DNA of 64,000 nucleotides from Hemiscyllium ocellatum (lineage: Eukaryota): assembly GCF_020745735.1 (NCBI RefSeq), contig NW_026867467.1:1406200-1470199 (forward strand), read 5' to 3'. This document shows positions 49,242 to 62,969 of the stretch, piece by piece. The translations under genes and the position numbers were made by a program. The notes under the pieces were generated by a model. It did not search any database and was not told where the DNA came from. It saw nothing but the letters and a program-made list of their open reading frames with translations. The first letter of the stretch is position 1, and each line of letters starts with the position of its first letter.

Positions 49242-51793
49242 CATGTACTGCTTGGGTTGGCGTGACAGGAAGAAACTGAGGGCTTCGAGGCCTCCATCAT
49301 GGCGTTTGGATGTGTACAGGGCCTGGACATTCTGTTCATTCTGGGGCTTATCAATAGCTTGCAGTTATTATGGAACTGCAAGGGCAGTGGCTGGGAACTC
49401 GGAGAAACCAATGGTTCAGTCTTCTGCTTGAAGCAAATTTTGACCAGAACATTTAAACACCACAAAGCTCACTGTAGGAAATGCCAGTGCTGCAACTTGT
49501 AATAATATTTGAAACTTGGTTAAAAATAGGAATTTTTAGTTATAGTTTCTGAAATAATCAAGACAAGAATTAACTGTTAGAACAAGCTCTATCAAAGAGA
49601 GAAGATTTGCAAGGTTTGAAACCACACAGTGCTGTGGTTTATTTGAATTCAATGTTGGTCAGATTTAGATACAGCCAAGGTGATCTCTCCATATATTGAT
49701 TCTGTTAATCGGACACACCAACATACCTGTCTGTACTAAACTGTATTATTTGTTTAGTTGATCAAAATTTAGGAAATAGATCAAACAGAATGTATTTGGG
49801 TGGGAAGGTGATGGATACAGAAGACAGAATCAAAAGCTGGGAACATTAAATCTGAAGAGAGAGTAACAAGTAGTACAAGATCAAAGACATGGAAAGGTGC
49901 ATGTCAATGTGTTCCAGACGTTAGTGAATCGAATGAGCTTGTTAGATAGTCGAGAGACTCGTCCAACGACATCCTGGAATCAGACCGTGAAATAGAGATC
50001 GAAAGGTCGATTTGCAAATGTCACTTCAATGTGATCACTTCACACTCTGTGTCCTGATCTAGGCCACATTGGCAGATGTTTCTGCCAGATTGTATCCCCT
50101 GGGTTTATTTTCTGATCAGAAGTGAGATGTGTGGCTTGCTGCTGGCACATAGAAACAGGAAGTTGCGCGCCAGCTGAGAATGATACATCAGGCGCTACTT
50201 TCCGTATTATCAGCACAAACAGTCTTCCTACCTCTGAGGGTGAACACACTGACAGTGTCAAGAACAAACGGACAGTTTGCTGTTGGTCTCAACATTGTAT
50301 TCAATTCCATTCCCATTTTCCAGAATGAAGCAGAAGAGATTATTTCAGCTAGAGTAAATTATCTGTCAGAGAGATAAGAAGAGTTATCATCGGGTGAAAG
50401 GAGCGAAATGACAATATGTAGTTTCGCTCATAAACCTATGTTTAAAAGTAGAAAGCTTGAGGGAAGGTAATAAATAAATCTAAGAGACAGCATTCATTAA
50501 AAGTTGGAATTGTAACATTTAAGCAATAAAATTCAGCAGGGCTTTGGTGGAAGTGAGACCATCTGGGAAGTGGTTGATTCTGTTTTCCGCAGAGGCAATG
50601 AGATGTGCCATCGGGTGTAAAAAGTGGATGTGATGCTTCTTGACTTCAATCAGGTTTTTGACCAGATCTTGCATCTTCAATATACTAAGGGTTCATGGGA
50701 TCTGGTGCAGTTTGGCAAATGCATCGAAGGTTTATTTGTTGGCAGAAGGTAATGGTCGAAGGTAGTCATTGTGAAGACATCTTGTGTCCAGTGGCTTACT
50801 ATACGACTTGGTGCTGGATCCTTTGCTGTTTGCAGCGTATATGAACGATCTAGTCAAGAATGTAGCAATTTTGATCAGTAAGTTCAAAGATGAGGTGAAA
50901 AACGTTTGGTTTTGCAATTAATGAGGAGGAAAGCCAGTGTGACATCGATGACCTTGCCTGTTGGAGAGAAGAATTGAAAACAGAACATTATATCCTAAAG
51001 TCTGTGAAGTAAAGCATTTTCAAGACTAACAAATGAAGTGAATATACGATGCATTGTTGGAATCTACAAATACAAAGGATAAGCGATCTTCTGTTGTGCA
51101 TATCCACATCATGGAGTGTGGGTTGGAGTTATAGTCTGGAGATATTGTGGCTCGACCATTACTTTAGGAAACTGGGGTCTGAGCCTGCAGTGCTGCCACA
51201 TCAAGTCATGAACTAAAGTTGATAATTAAACAACTCATTGAAGGAATAAGCTCCACAGATATCCCCTTGCTCTGCTTTGGAGAGCACAACACATCAGCGC
51301 AAAAGTTAAGGTTGAAGCATTCACAGCAATCGTCAGCCAGAAGTGCCAATTGTCTGATCCATCTCGGCATCTTCTATAGATCACCAATATTACAGATACC
51401 TGTCTTCAGGGAATTCGCTTCTCTCCATGTGAAATCAAGGCACTGTTGGGCGGGGGGCACTGGTTACTGCAAATGCTATGGAGCCTGACAAAATTCTGGC
51501 AATAATACTGCTGACTTGTGCTAGCCAAGCACTCCCAGTACAGCTACAATACTGGCATGGACAATGTGGAAAATAGGCCAGGCATGTCCTGTGCACAGAA
51601 AATAGGTCAAACCACCGTGGCGAATTACTGCTCCATCAGTCCATGCTCAATCATGAGTTAGGTGTAGGAAGGTGCTTTCAACAGTGCTATCAAGCAGCAC
51701 TAGCTCAGTAATAACCTGCTCAGTGACATAAAATGTGGGTTACGCAAGGCCTACTCAGCTCATGACTGAATTACAGACTTGATTTAAACATGG

Positions 51794-52017
51794 CTTAAAA
51801 ATGTGTTGCTGGAAAAGCGCAGCAGGTCAGGCAGCATCAAAGGAGCAGGAGAATCGACGTTTTGTGCATAAGCTCTTCTGAAGCCTGATTCCTGAAGAAG
51901 GGCTTATGCCCGAAACTTTGATTCTCCTGCTCCTTTGATGCTGCCTGACCTGCTGCGCTTTTCCAGCAACACATTTTTAAGCTCTGATCTCCAGCATCTG
52001 CGGTCCTCACTTTCTCC
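51794..52017. mobile_element. Fold-back Penelope-derived insertion with two opposed hammerhead-like motifs
   Basis: TSD GA(C/G)TTGATTTAAACATGG at 51776-51793 and 52018-52035; long inverted arms. Confidence 0.85.
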
Positions 52018-52854
52018 GAGTTGATTTAAACATGGACAAAGAACTGAATTCCAGAAATGAGGGAAGAGTGACAGCCCTTCACATTAAGGTCACATTTGAC
52101 AGAGTGTGATATTATGGAGTCCTAGCAAAACTGGATTCAATGGGTATCAGGTGACAACCTCCCTGCTGCCTGCAGTCAGACCTCACACATTGGAAGGTGG
52201 CTCTGCTTGTTAGAGGGCAGTCGTCTCAGCCAAAGCAAATCTCTGTTGGAGTTCCTAAAGAAAGTGTCCTTGGCCCAATCATGTTCAGCTGCTTCAGCAA
52301 TGCCTTTCCCTCCCTCAGAAGGTCAGAAGTGAAATCTGCATTGATCTAGCATTTTTTTTGTGACTGCTCAGTCCACATTCAAATGCAACAAAATCTGGAC
52401 AATTTCCAGACTTGAGCTGACAAGTGGCAAATAGCATTCACACCACAAACCTGCGAGACAATGACCATTGACAATAAGAGACAATCTAACCAAAACCCCT
52501 TGACATTCAATAGTGTTACCATCACGGAATCCCTCACCATCGACATCCTGGGTTTTATTGTTCATTAGAAATTGAGCTGGACACTCCATATAAATACAGT
52601 GGTTGTAAGAGCAGGCCAGAGGCTAGGAATACTGCAGCGAGTAACTCACCCTCCTGACTTGCAAAGCCAACTGACTGTCTAAGAGACAGAAGTCAGGAGG
52701 GTAATAGCACAGCTCGCCCTTTGACTGGACAGGAGCACCTTCAACTGCACTCAAGAAGCCAGACATTGTCCAGGACAAAGCATCCCACTTGATCAGCAGC
52801 ACATCCACAAGCGTCCATTGCCTCCAAATCTGATGCTTAGTACCTGCCATATGC

Positions 52855-52945
52855 TGAAAAATGTGTTGCTAGAAAAGCGCAGCAGGTCAGGCAGCATCCA
52901 AGGAGCAGGAGAATCGATGTTTCGGGCATAAGCCCTTCTTCAGGC
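52855..52945 (-). mobile_element. Short Penelope-derived insertion with hammerhead motif
   Basis: Minus strand CTGAAGA-A-GGGC-TTAT-GCCC-GAA-ACAT-C; TSD-like TACC(T/A)GCC(A/G)TATGC flanks. Confidence 0.75.
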
Positions 52946-53179
52946 ATACCAGCCGTATGCACTATCTAAAATACTGCACTGCAGTAACTTAGCCACTTCC
53001 TTACACAGTACCTTCCCACTACCACTTGCATCTCGATGGATAAGAACAGCAGATACATGGGAACAGCACCACTGTAAGCTCCTCTCTAAACTACTCAGCA
53101 TCCTGACATGGAAATATATCATCGATCTTTTACTGTAACTGGGTCAAAATATGGAATTCCCTTCCTCAGGTCATTTTGG

Positions 53180-54689
53180 AAGATGTTATTTCGGAAAGGG
53201 TAGGTATCGGTCAGTCAAGGATAGTAGTGGGAAGTTGTGTGTGGAGGCGGAGGAGATTGGAGAGACATTAATCAGTACTTTTCATCAGTATTCACTCAGG
53301 AACAGGACACTGTTGCTGATGTGAATATGGAATCTTAGAATGGATGCCCTGGAAATATGCAGGGAAGAGGTTTTGGGAATATTGGAAAGGATGAATATAG
53401 ATAAGTCTCCTGGGCCTGATGGCATTTACCCCAGGATCCTATGGGAAGCTAGGGAGGAGATAGCAGAGCCATTGGCCTGGATTTTTATGTCGTCATTGTC
53501 AACGGAATAGTACCAGAGGACAACTATAGGCCAGTGAGTCTGACTTCAGTGGTGGCCAAAGTCTTAGAGAGAATGGTAAGGGATAAGATTTATGAACATC
53601 TGGGTAGGAATAACGTGATCAGGGATAGCCAGCATGGTTTTGTGAAGGGCAGGTCGTGCCTCACAAACCTTATTGAGTTCTTTGAGAAGGTGACTAAGGA
53701 AGTGGATGAGGGTAAAGCAGTAGATGTTGTGTATATGGATTTAGTAAGGCGTTCGATAAGGTTCCCCATGGTAGGCTAATGCTAAAACTTCGGAGGTATG
53801 GCATTGAGGATACATTAGAGGTTTAGATTAGGAATTGGCTGGCTGGAAGGAGACAGAGGGTAGTAGTTGATGGATTATGTTCATCTTGGAGCGCAGTTAC
53901 TAGCGGTGTACCACAAGGATCTGTTTTGGGACCATTGCTTTTTGTTATCTTTATAAATGATCTAGAGGAAGGACTTGAAAGCTGGTAAGCAAGTTTGCGG
54001 ATGACACAAAGTCGGTGGAGTTGTGGATAGTGAGGAAGGAAGTGTAGGTTACAGCGGGATATAGATAAGTTGCAGAGCTGGGCGGAAATGTGGCAAATGG
54101 AATTCAATGTAGCTAAGTGCGAAGTCGTTCACTTTGGTAGGAATAACAAATAAGACTCTGGTGAGGCCTCATCTGGAGTATTGTGTGCAGTTTTGGTCGC
54201 CATACTATAGGAAGGATGTGGAAGCTTTAGAACGAGTGCAGAGGAGGTTTACCAGGATGTTGCCTGGAATGGTAGGAAATCTTATGAGGAAAGGCTGAGG
54301 CACTTGGGGTGTTCTCATTGGAGAAGAGAAGGTTAGGGGAGATCTGATAGAAGTGTATAAGATGATTAGGGGTTTAGATAGGGTAGATACTAAGAACCTT
54401 TACCGCTAATGGAGTCAGGTGTTACTAGGGGACATAGCTTTAATTAAGGGTGGTAGGTATAGGACAGATGTTAGGGTAGATTCTTCACACAGCGGGTTGT
54501 GAGTTCATGGAATGCCCTGCCCGTATCAGTGGTGAACTCTCCTTCTTTATGGTCATTTAAGCGGGCATTGGATAGCATTTGGAAGTTATTGGGCTAGTAT
54601 AGGTTAGGTAGGATTCGGTCGGCGCAACATCGAGGGCCGAAGGGCCTGTACTGCGCTGTATCCTTCTATGTTCTATGTTCTATGTTCTA
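53180..54689 (+). mobile_element. Young 5'-truncated CR1-type LINE, nearly identical to 1..852 over the shared part
   Basis: RT motifs (QHGFVKGRSCLTNLIEFFE); 54032-54689 aligns to 1..850 with a 191-nt deletion and 1-nt gaps. Confidence 0.95.
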
Positions 54690-55000
54690 AAGGCAGCTTT
54701 CTGCCATCTTCTGAAGTAACGAATGAATAATGACAGTTTGAGAAAGTGGTTAAGGAGGCATTATGAGCATGTAATAAGCAATCGAAAGGTTTGGAGTAAA
54801 GTTCCAGAATCAAACTATACCATAGTAGTTTCAATTAATGAAAGAGTATGAAATGAAACTGCTGAAGTATTGAAGCATGTTACATGGTTCAGTATTGCCC
54901 TTCAGAGGAGGATGTGTGACCTTCCTACCTGGCCTGCCCTACCTGTTCAACAAAAAGGCGATGGTTCCTTTCCTGTGCCGAACCTGACTAAGAAACCCAT

Positions 55001-55218
55001 CAGGAGAAAGTGAGGACTGCAGGTGCTGGAGATCTGAGTTGAGAGTGTAGTGCTGGAAAAGCACAGCAGGTCAGGCAGCATCCAAGGAGCAGGAGAATCA
55101 ATGTTCCAGGCATAACAACTACATCAGGTATCTTAATAAAGGCCTTATGCCCAAAACGTCGATTCTCCTGCTCCTCGGACGCTGCCTGACCTGCTGTACT
55201 TTTCCAGCAACACAGTCT
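55001..55218. mobile_element. Degenerate fold-back Penelope-derived insertion
   Basis: Same arms as 51794-52017, more diverged. Confidence 0.75.
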
Positions 55219-58104
55219 CGACTGAGAAGCCATTTGGTTGTAATAAAGCTTCTTAAGAAAGATCAACCATAATTAGCCGAGCAAGATGGCAGGCCTCAAA
55301 AAGGGAGCTGATGACCACCTTCTTGGGATATGTGACTAACGCTTTCATAATTCAGTGAAGAATTCAACAAATGCAAATGACGGTGAGTCAGGCTCTTCAG
55401 ACAGATTTTAGATTGGTGATTGGATGCAAAGTCTCCTGAGATGTTGCTGTGAACAGCAAGAGAGTTCTTGCCAGTATTCCACTCCAATATTTGTTCATGA
55501 TGTAAAGTGTCAGATTCATTGCATTTCTGTGCTTTCTGTGCATTTCCAACATTCGGATCACAGTGATGATATCATGAGACCAGTATTCTCGAACTCCAGT
55601 TTGATGTTGAATGGACAGGGTTTGGATCATCGTTTGCCCAGAGTGAAATTTGAATTTAAAGAAATCCTGGAATCAGAAAGGAAGGCAAATGATGACCATG
55701 TAACCCGAGTCAATGGAAAAATACAAAAACAGCTGGTTCACGAATGACAAGGCATCTGTCACATCTACATGGTCTGGCCGACATGAGATTCCAGACCCAC
55801 TGGGAAGTAATTGACTGTGTTCTGAAGTGGCTTTAGCAAGCTATTCAATGGGCAGTTGGGGATAGGGACTCATTGCTGACCCTTACCATTAAGTAATACG
55901 TGTAACGAAACCTCGTAACAACTATATCAATTAAATGTAATTGTTGCGGCAGTTCCTGTATTTCACGTGAATATTCTAAATTTGCAGAATTTTCAGCACT
56001 GAATTGTTAACCTAAATAAAAGTTTTAAATTATTTATCTTTCAGAAATAAATAAAATCTGTTGCAATTCGGCTTCATAAATTTTTATTCACTTCTGCAAA
56101 TGGTCAACATTCTTAAAATAAACTTGTTTCGATTTGAAACTTACCAACAAATCACTTCATTCACCTGGCTTTGCTGCCATCATCACTTCCTTGAAGCCAA
56201 TTAAGCATTTATGTAAATAAACACAGAAATAGAATTCTCAGAATAGATTACAGAACCACAAAACCCTCATTTATATTTCCCCACAAGCACAGCACACGAA
56301 TTGTGGAAAAAATGCAAATAACTCAATGGATTCCAATACTAATTGATGTTAGGACTTTTTAATACATAAGTTGTATGATTGTTGAATGACAGAGGTATCA
56401 ATTGTCATGTTTAGTCAAAAAACTATAATTAAGAGATACATTGGCACAGCTAATATTTCTGTGTCTCTTTTTCTCTCTTCCCCTCCTGCCTTCCCCCTTT
56501 TTTCTTTATCTCTGATGCCTTGTTTTGCCTCTCCACAATCGGACAATGTTTTCCCCCATAACATGAAGCCAACACCTCACCAACATTGCCTCTCAGCCAA
56601 ATTCATCCATTTCTTTCGAGAGATTTGAGTCAGGACAGCAAGATTTTCTCATAAATCTGTCTGAGCATTGAGTGATCTGGAAATGCTTGATAGGAATGAG
56701 GCTGCAAGACTTTACTGTGTTAGTGTTTTCATTGTATCTCTGCACTATTATTCTTGTCTGAGGAATGTTTAATGGTTCAATGTAATGCATATTTATAATT
56801 AACCTTACGCTGCACATCTCATGGAAGGTTTAATATTATAGAGGTCAATTTATTCTGTATCGACTCTGGGAGGATTTTTTTTAGGGAATCCTGGATGCAG
56901 CTCTACTCTGTGTCTAAACCAAAATATATTTGACATGATTGCATTGGACAACACAATATAGAGGGAGACTTACCCAGCACATTACATGAGCTGTACAATC
57001 ACAGAAAACATTTGATGTAGCCGTGTAAAGGGGTTTGAACTCCTACCCACTGTCTTTCTGATTTTGAAATGCTTGACACCAGAATAAAAGGGAACAACAC
57101 TATGCATCGAAACTTTGTTATACAAGTAGACTATCATTTACAGGCACAGACATACGCACACACATAAGCAAATCATCTCTGAACAACCCTTGCAGTGTTT
57201 AATGGATGAGTACTGAGAGAGCTTTAATATGCAATGTGTGTGTATTCCATGCAACACATGCTGACAGTGTGCTTGATATGGTAGTTTAAATGTAGTTTTG
57301 ATCTGTCTTTAACCTTTTCTGTGACAGCCGTGGTTGTGTTTGACAAATATTTAACAGAACTGAAGGACTATAAATGTAGTCACTGCATTAGAGGCAGAAT
57401 GCAATGCCACCAAACAGTGAGAAAGATGATCCCTGTCTTTTTTCATGATGAGGGGGGATTGAAGCAGCTGGGCTTCAAACATGGAGGTTAATTTAGATGA
57501 GACCTATATAATTCTGAAAAGACTAACTTAGAGCAAAGGTCAATGAGAGGGAACCAGAAGCGGTCTGTTCAGCCAATGGGGTTTGGGCTTCCAAACAATG
57601 ACATCATAGCTGAGCTGATAATCCTCACCTCCATTTTTACAGCGTTTAACTGTAAGCATTGATTCAATTCCCAAATCAAAACCTGCCCATTTCAGCCTTC
57701 AGTGTTCTATGGAAACAAATTCCACAGATTCACTACATTCTGGGAGACAAAATTCTGTTCTGCCTGACATTTGTGACCTCTAATTCAGAGAGTTTACTCA
57801 CTGGCCCGAACCTCTCCCACAAGGGGAAACTACATTTCTGCATTTACACCATCAAGTTTCCTGAAAATAATAGATGTTTCAGAATGTCACCACTGAATCT
57901 TCTATGTTCTAATGAGTATAGGCCCAAACGACTCAGTCTCTACTCTCAAGACAGTCCCTCCATCCTCAGGATCAGTCGACTAAACCTCGTGTGGATTGTC
58001 TCACAGTCCAGTGTACCTTTTCTTTGTGAGATGAGTCCCAAGAACAGTCCATCGTATTTCAGCTGTGGTAAAAATAGAGCTTCTTTTCAGTTTTAACAAA
58101 CATT

Positions 58105-58905
58105 ATAGTCATACAGATATCAGGCACAGAAACAGACCCTTCGGTCCAACTGCACTGCCCAGATATCCCAACCTGACTGAGTACCATTTGCCAAACATTT
58201 GGCCTATCTTTCTCTAAATGTTCCCTGTTCATACACCCATCCAGGTGCCTTTTAAATGCAGTAATTGAACCCACCTCCACCACTATCACTGGCAACTGTT
58301 TCCAGTCACACACGTGAAAAGGTTACCCCTCAGGTTCTTTTCAAACGTTTCTCCTCTCACCTTAATCTGCTGTCCTCTAGTTTTGGACTCTCCCACTCGA
58401 GGAAAAAGGCCTTGGCTATTCACCATATCAATGCCCTGCATGATTTTATAGGGTCTTGTTCAGGCCACTCCTCAGCCTCCTTTCCTCTCACTGTAGGGAA
58501 AAGAAAAGCCCCAGCCTATTCAGCTTCACCTGAAACCTTAAGCACTCCAGTTCCAGCATCATTCTTGGAAATCTTTTCTACATCCCCTCAAGTTTCACAA
58601 AATCCTTCACAGAAATGGTCAGCCAGATTTGTCTGTAATAATTCTAAACGTGGCCTCACAAATGTTCTGTACAGCTGAGAGATGACATCTCGACTCCTAC
58701 ACTTAATGTTATGACCAATGAAGGAAAGCATGCCAAACACCTTCTTCCCCACCCTGTCTACCTGCAACTCCACTTTCAAAGAATGATGCATCTGCTCCCT
58801 TTGGTTTCTTTGCTCAGCAACACTCCCCAAGGCCCAGCCATTAATTGTATAAGTCTTGCCCTGGTTTGCCTTACAAAAATGCAGCACCTCACATTTATTT
58901 AATAA
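58105..58905 (-). mobile_element. CR1-type LINE 3' fragment
   Basis: QLYRTFVRPRLE motif and 3' UTR on the minus strand. Confidence 0.8.
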
Positions 58906-60148
58906 AGTTTGGGTTCATGAAAGGCAGGTCATGTTTAACTGATTAATTGGAATTCTTTGAGGTCATAATGAGCGTGGTAGACAATGGGGAACTGGTGAAC
59001 GTGGTGTATCTGGATTTCCAAATGGCATTCAGCAAGGTGCTGCACAAAAGGCTGCTGCATAAGATAAAGATGCACAGTGTTACAGGCAATGCATTAGCAT
59101 GGACAGAAAACTGGCTAACTAACAGAATGCAAAACATGGGGATAAATGGGTGTTTTTCTGGTTGGCAATCAGTGGCGAGTGGTGTGTCTCAGGGATGAGT
59201 GTTGGGACTGCAATTGTTTACAATTCAGGTCGATTGCTTCGAGTTAGAGATCCAAGTGTAGTGTGTTGTAGTTCGCAGAAGGCACTTAAATGAGTGATAG
59301 AGCAAAGTGTGCAGGAGGATATAGACAGGTTAAGTGAGTGGGCAAGAGTCTGGCAGATGGAGTACAATGTTAGTAAACGTGAGGTCATCCATTTTGGGAG
59401 GAATAATAACAAACAGAATGCTGCTGTGCAGGGGGACTTGGCTGTTCTTGTGCATGAAACACAAAAGTATAGTTTGCAAGTACAGTAGCTAATTAGGAAG
59501 ACAAATGGAATAGTGTCCTTCATTGGCAGTGGATAGAGTTTAAAATTAGGACTTTCTGCTGCAGCTGTATAGGGCGCTGGTGTGACCATGCCTGGAGTAC
59601 TCTGTACACTTTTCATCACCTTACATGAGATGGCATTGGGGTGGGGTTTGCTGAGGAGGTTGATTATGTTGATTCTGGAAATGAGGGGGTTGGCTTGTGA
59701 GGAGAGATTGAGCAGACTGGGATTATACTCATTGGAATTCAGAACAATGTGGGAGGGGGGTTGTAAAATTATAAATGGGATAGATAAGACAGAAGCAGGG
59801 AGGCTATTTCCACTGGTGGGTGAAATTAGAACGACGGGGCATAACCTCAAAATAAGGGCAACAGATTTAGGACTGAGTTGAGGATCAACATCTTCACCCA
59901 AAGGGTTGTGAAGCTGTGGAATCCCCTGCCTAGTGAAGCAGCTGAGGCCAACCTGTTGAATGTTTTAAAGGTAAAATAGATTTTTTAACAGTAAAGGAAT
60001 GGAGGGTTATAGTGAGCGGGTGGGTAAGTGGAATCTTAGTCCATTGAAAGATGATCCATGATGATATTGAAAGGCAGAGCAGACTCGTGGGGTCAGATGG
60101 CCTACTCCTGATCGTATTTCTAATGTTTGGATGTTGTTATGTTCTAAC
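58905..60148 (+). mobile_element. Decayed CR1-type LINE RT/3' part
   Basis: VVYLDFQMAFSKV and GVSQG motifs, C-terminal similarity. Confidence 0.85.
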
Positions 60149-60289
60149 AGGCCTCCAATCCAAAACGTAATGCTCTCTGACTACTAAGTAAAAACTGAAA
60201 GAGCAGTGGATGCTGTGTATCAGAAACAAAAACGGAAACTGCTGGAAATGTTCAGAAGGTCTGGCAGCATCTCTGGCGTGAAAGGCTCA

Positions 60290-62700
60290 CCAGTTTATGG
60301 TTCCCTGGCTTTTCCATACAACTTTCTTCAATAATGCTGCCACATTAGTCACTCTCCAGTCTTCTGGCATCTCATCTATGATTATCGATGATACAAATAT
60401 CTCAGCAAGGGGTCCACGAATCTCTTCCCTAGCTTCCCACAAAGTTCTGAGAAATACCTAATCAGCTCTCCAGGATTTATTTCCATTTTTTACTTTAAGA
60501 CCCCCAACACCTCCTCTTCTGTAAGATGAACTCATTTGATCTTTAAGGGCTGTATTCTCTTCTTAGTTATTCTTTTAACCTTAAAATAATTTTAGAATCT
60601 TTTCGGATTCTCCTTAATTCTATTTGCCATGCAATTTCATGCCCCCTTTTTTCCCTCATGATTTCCTGGTGAAGTATACTCCGACTGCCCTTACACCCTT
60701 CTCAGGATTCACTCAATCCCAGCTGTCTATATCTGATGAATGCCCCCTTCGTTTTCTGGACAGGAGTTGCAATTTCCCTCATCATTGAGCTTTTCCCATG
60801 CCTTGCCCTTCACACAAACAGAAACATACCATCACTGAACTCTCATTGTCTCATTCTTAAAGGCCTCCCACTTGTCAGTCGTCCCTTTACCTGTGAATAA
60901 CCTCCCCCAACCAACTTCTCAAAGTCTAATACCATCAAAACTGGCCACACTCCAATTTGAAACTTTCATTTTTAAATCAATTCTATCCTTTCTCATCATT
61001 ATTATTAAACAATAGAATTATGATCACTTTCCCTGAAGCGTGCCCCTACAGACACCTCAGTCACTTGTCCTGCCTTGATTCCCAACAGAAGGTCAAGTAT
61101 TGCGAACTGTCCAGTAGGTCCATCCACATATTGAATAACAATGTTTTCTTGTACAGACTTAACCAATTTCTCCACATTCCAAGATCTTAACACTACCCCA
61201 AACTCTGGTTGGAAAGTTAAAATTCCCTACCATTATCCTCTTTCCTTACAGATAGCATAATCGCTTGTAATTTTCCCACTGACTATTAGGAGGCCCATTT
61301 TACAATCCCAGCAAGGTCATCACCTCTTTCTTATTTTTAAGTTTCATCCATATAACTTCACTGGGCAGTCTCCAAGAAATATCCTCTCTACATCCAGCTG
61401 TAATGTTCTTTCTAACCAAGAACACTCCTCCATCTCCTCTCTTGCTCCTCTGTCTATCCATTCTATAACATCTGTATCCTGGAACATTAAGTTGTCAGTC
61501 CTGTTCATCCCTGAGCCACATTTCTGTAATGGTAATGTTATCCTTGTCCCACATTCCCATCTATGCCCTATGTTCATCTGTCTCACATGTCAGGCCTCTT
61601 CCATCGAAGTAAATGCAGTTTAACGTTCTTGCTTTGCTCTTGCCAAACTGTTGTCTGCCTTGACCCCGAGAATTGCTCACAGCATCTCACCTCAAACACT
61701 TCTCTTTTCTCACTATCTTGTTAGTTCCCACCATCCACCTTACTAATTTAAAACCTTCAGCATACTGCTAGCAAATTTCCCCACAAGAATATCGGTCCCC
61801 TTCCAAGTCAGGTCCCTCTTATATAGGTCATTTCTATCCCTGAAGAGATCCCAGTGATTGAAAAATGGGAATCCTAACCCCTGCAGCAGTTCCTCAGCTA
61901 CACATTCGCTGCTCTATCTGACTGTTCCTAATCTCAATATTCCATTAGTTTTTAAACAAACCCCAACATGACATTTGCCATCTTTATTGACAGTTGAAAT
62001 TAAAAGCTAACTTTTTGTGGTTCGGAGATGCAGACTCCCTGTAGATTTCTGAATTCAATCTCTACCTTGCCTGTTAAAATGCACAAGTTCACTGTTTATG
62101 TCTGTTCTCATTTATTTAATCCACATTACATTAATGTGCAAAACTCCTTGTTCACTCCCATCCTATCTGTATCGCTCCGCAAACTTCTTTTTGTGTCATA
62201 CTCACCACTTGTCTCCGCTCCAATTTTTGTGTCATTCGCAAACTTGCCTACAATATACTCACTTTCCTCATCTAAGTCATCAAAATACTTTGTAAATTTT
62301 TTTGTCCCCCAGAACAGATTTATGTGGTCCTCCACACTTTGACATCCTGTAAAATAAAACACTTAATCAAACTTTTCGGATTGGGATTTCAAAAATCCTC
62401 TCTCCACGTTAATACAGTACCTCCAAAGCCAAGGCTCCTTTCTTATTCAGTAATCTTATGCATGGGTGCTATCAAACACCTTCAGAAAATCAAAACATAT
62501 TACAATCACCGTTTCCTCCATTTTCTCCAAGAATTCCAATACATTTATCAGGCAAGATTTCCATTTTGTAAAGCCATTCCCAGTTTTCTGCTGGAACATC
62601 CTTTTTTAAAGACTCCACCATTTTTTTCAATAAATGATGTTAAACTAAGTAGCCTCAGTCAATCTTTTGTGTGCCTTAACTTTTTATGAGTGAAGGTGTT
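60290..62700 (-). mobile_element. Decayed CR1-type LINE fragments
   Basis: APE-like QYVDGPTGQFAILDLLLG and RT-like KFANDTKIG segments. Confidence 0.7.
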
Positions 62701-62969
62701 GGTTGAAGGATCTACTATCAGCCGTCACTTCCACCTGCTGGAGAAGCACTGTCATCTACTGTGAAAAACTCAACAAATTGTGTCTATGTTCATTTACTGA
62801 GAAAGCAATTCCACAAATGTTCTAGCTCATCACCTTCTGCTGGTGGTCCCAGATTTTACGAAGCTATTCATTGAAAGTCGACAAGGCTAATTAACATCAA
62901 ATCAAGATCAATAATTGAGCAGAAATATCTCAATTCCTGGTCACGTATTTTTGTTCATCTCTTTTTAGG

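Larger units (their letters stand above)
51540..53175 (+). mobile_element. Old CR1/L2-type LINE RT remnant interrupted by two Penelope-derived insertions
   Basis: Degenerate RT-like segments (GTGTCCTTGGCCCAATCATGTTCAGCTGCTTC); no long ORF. Confidence 0.6.
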
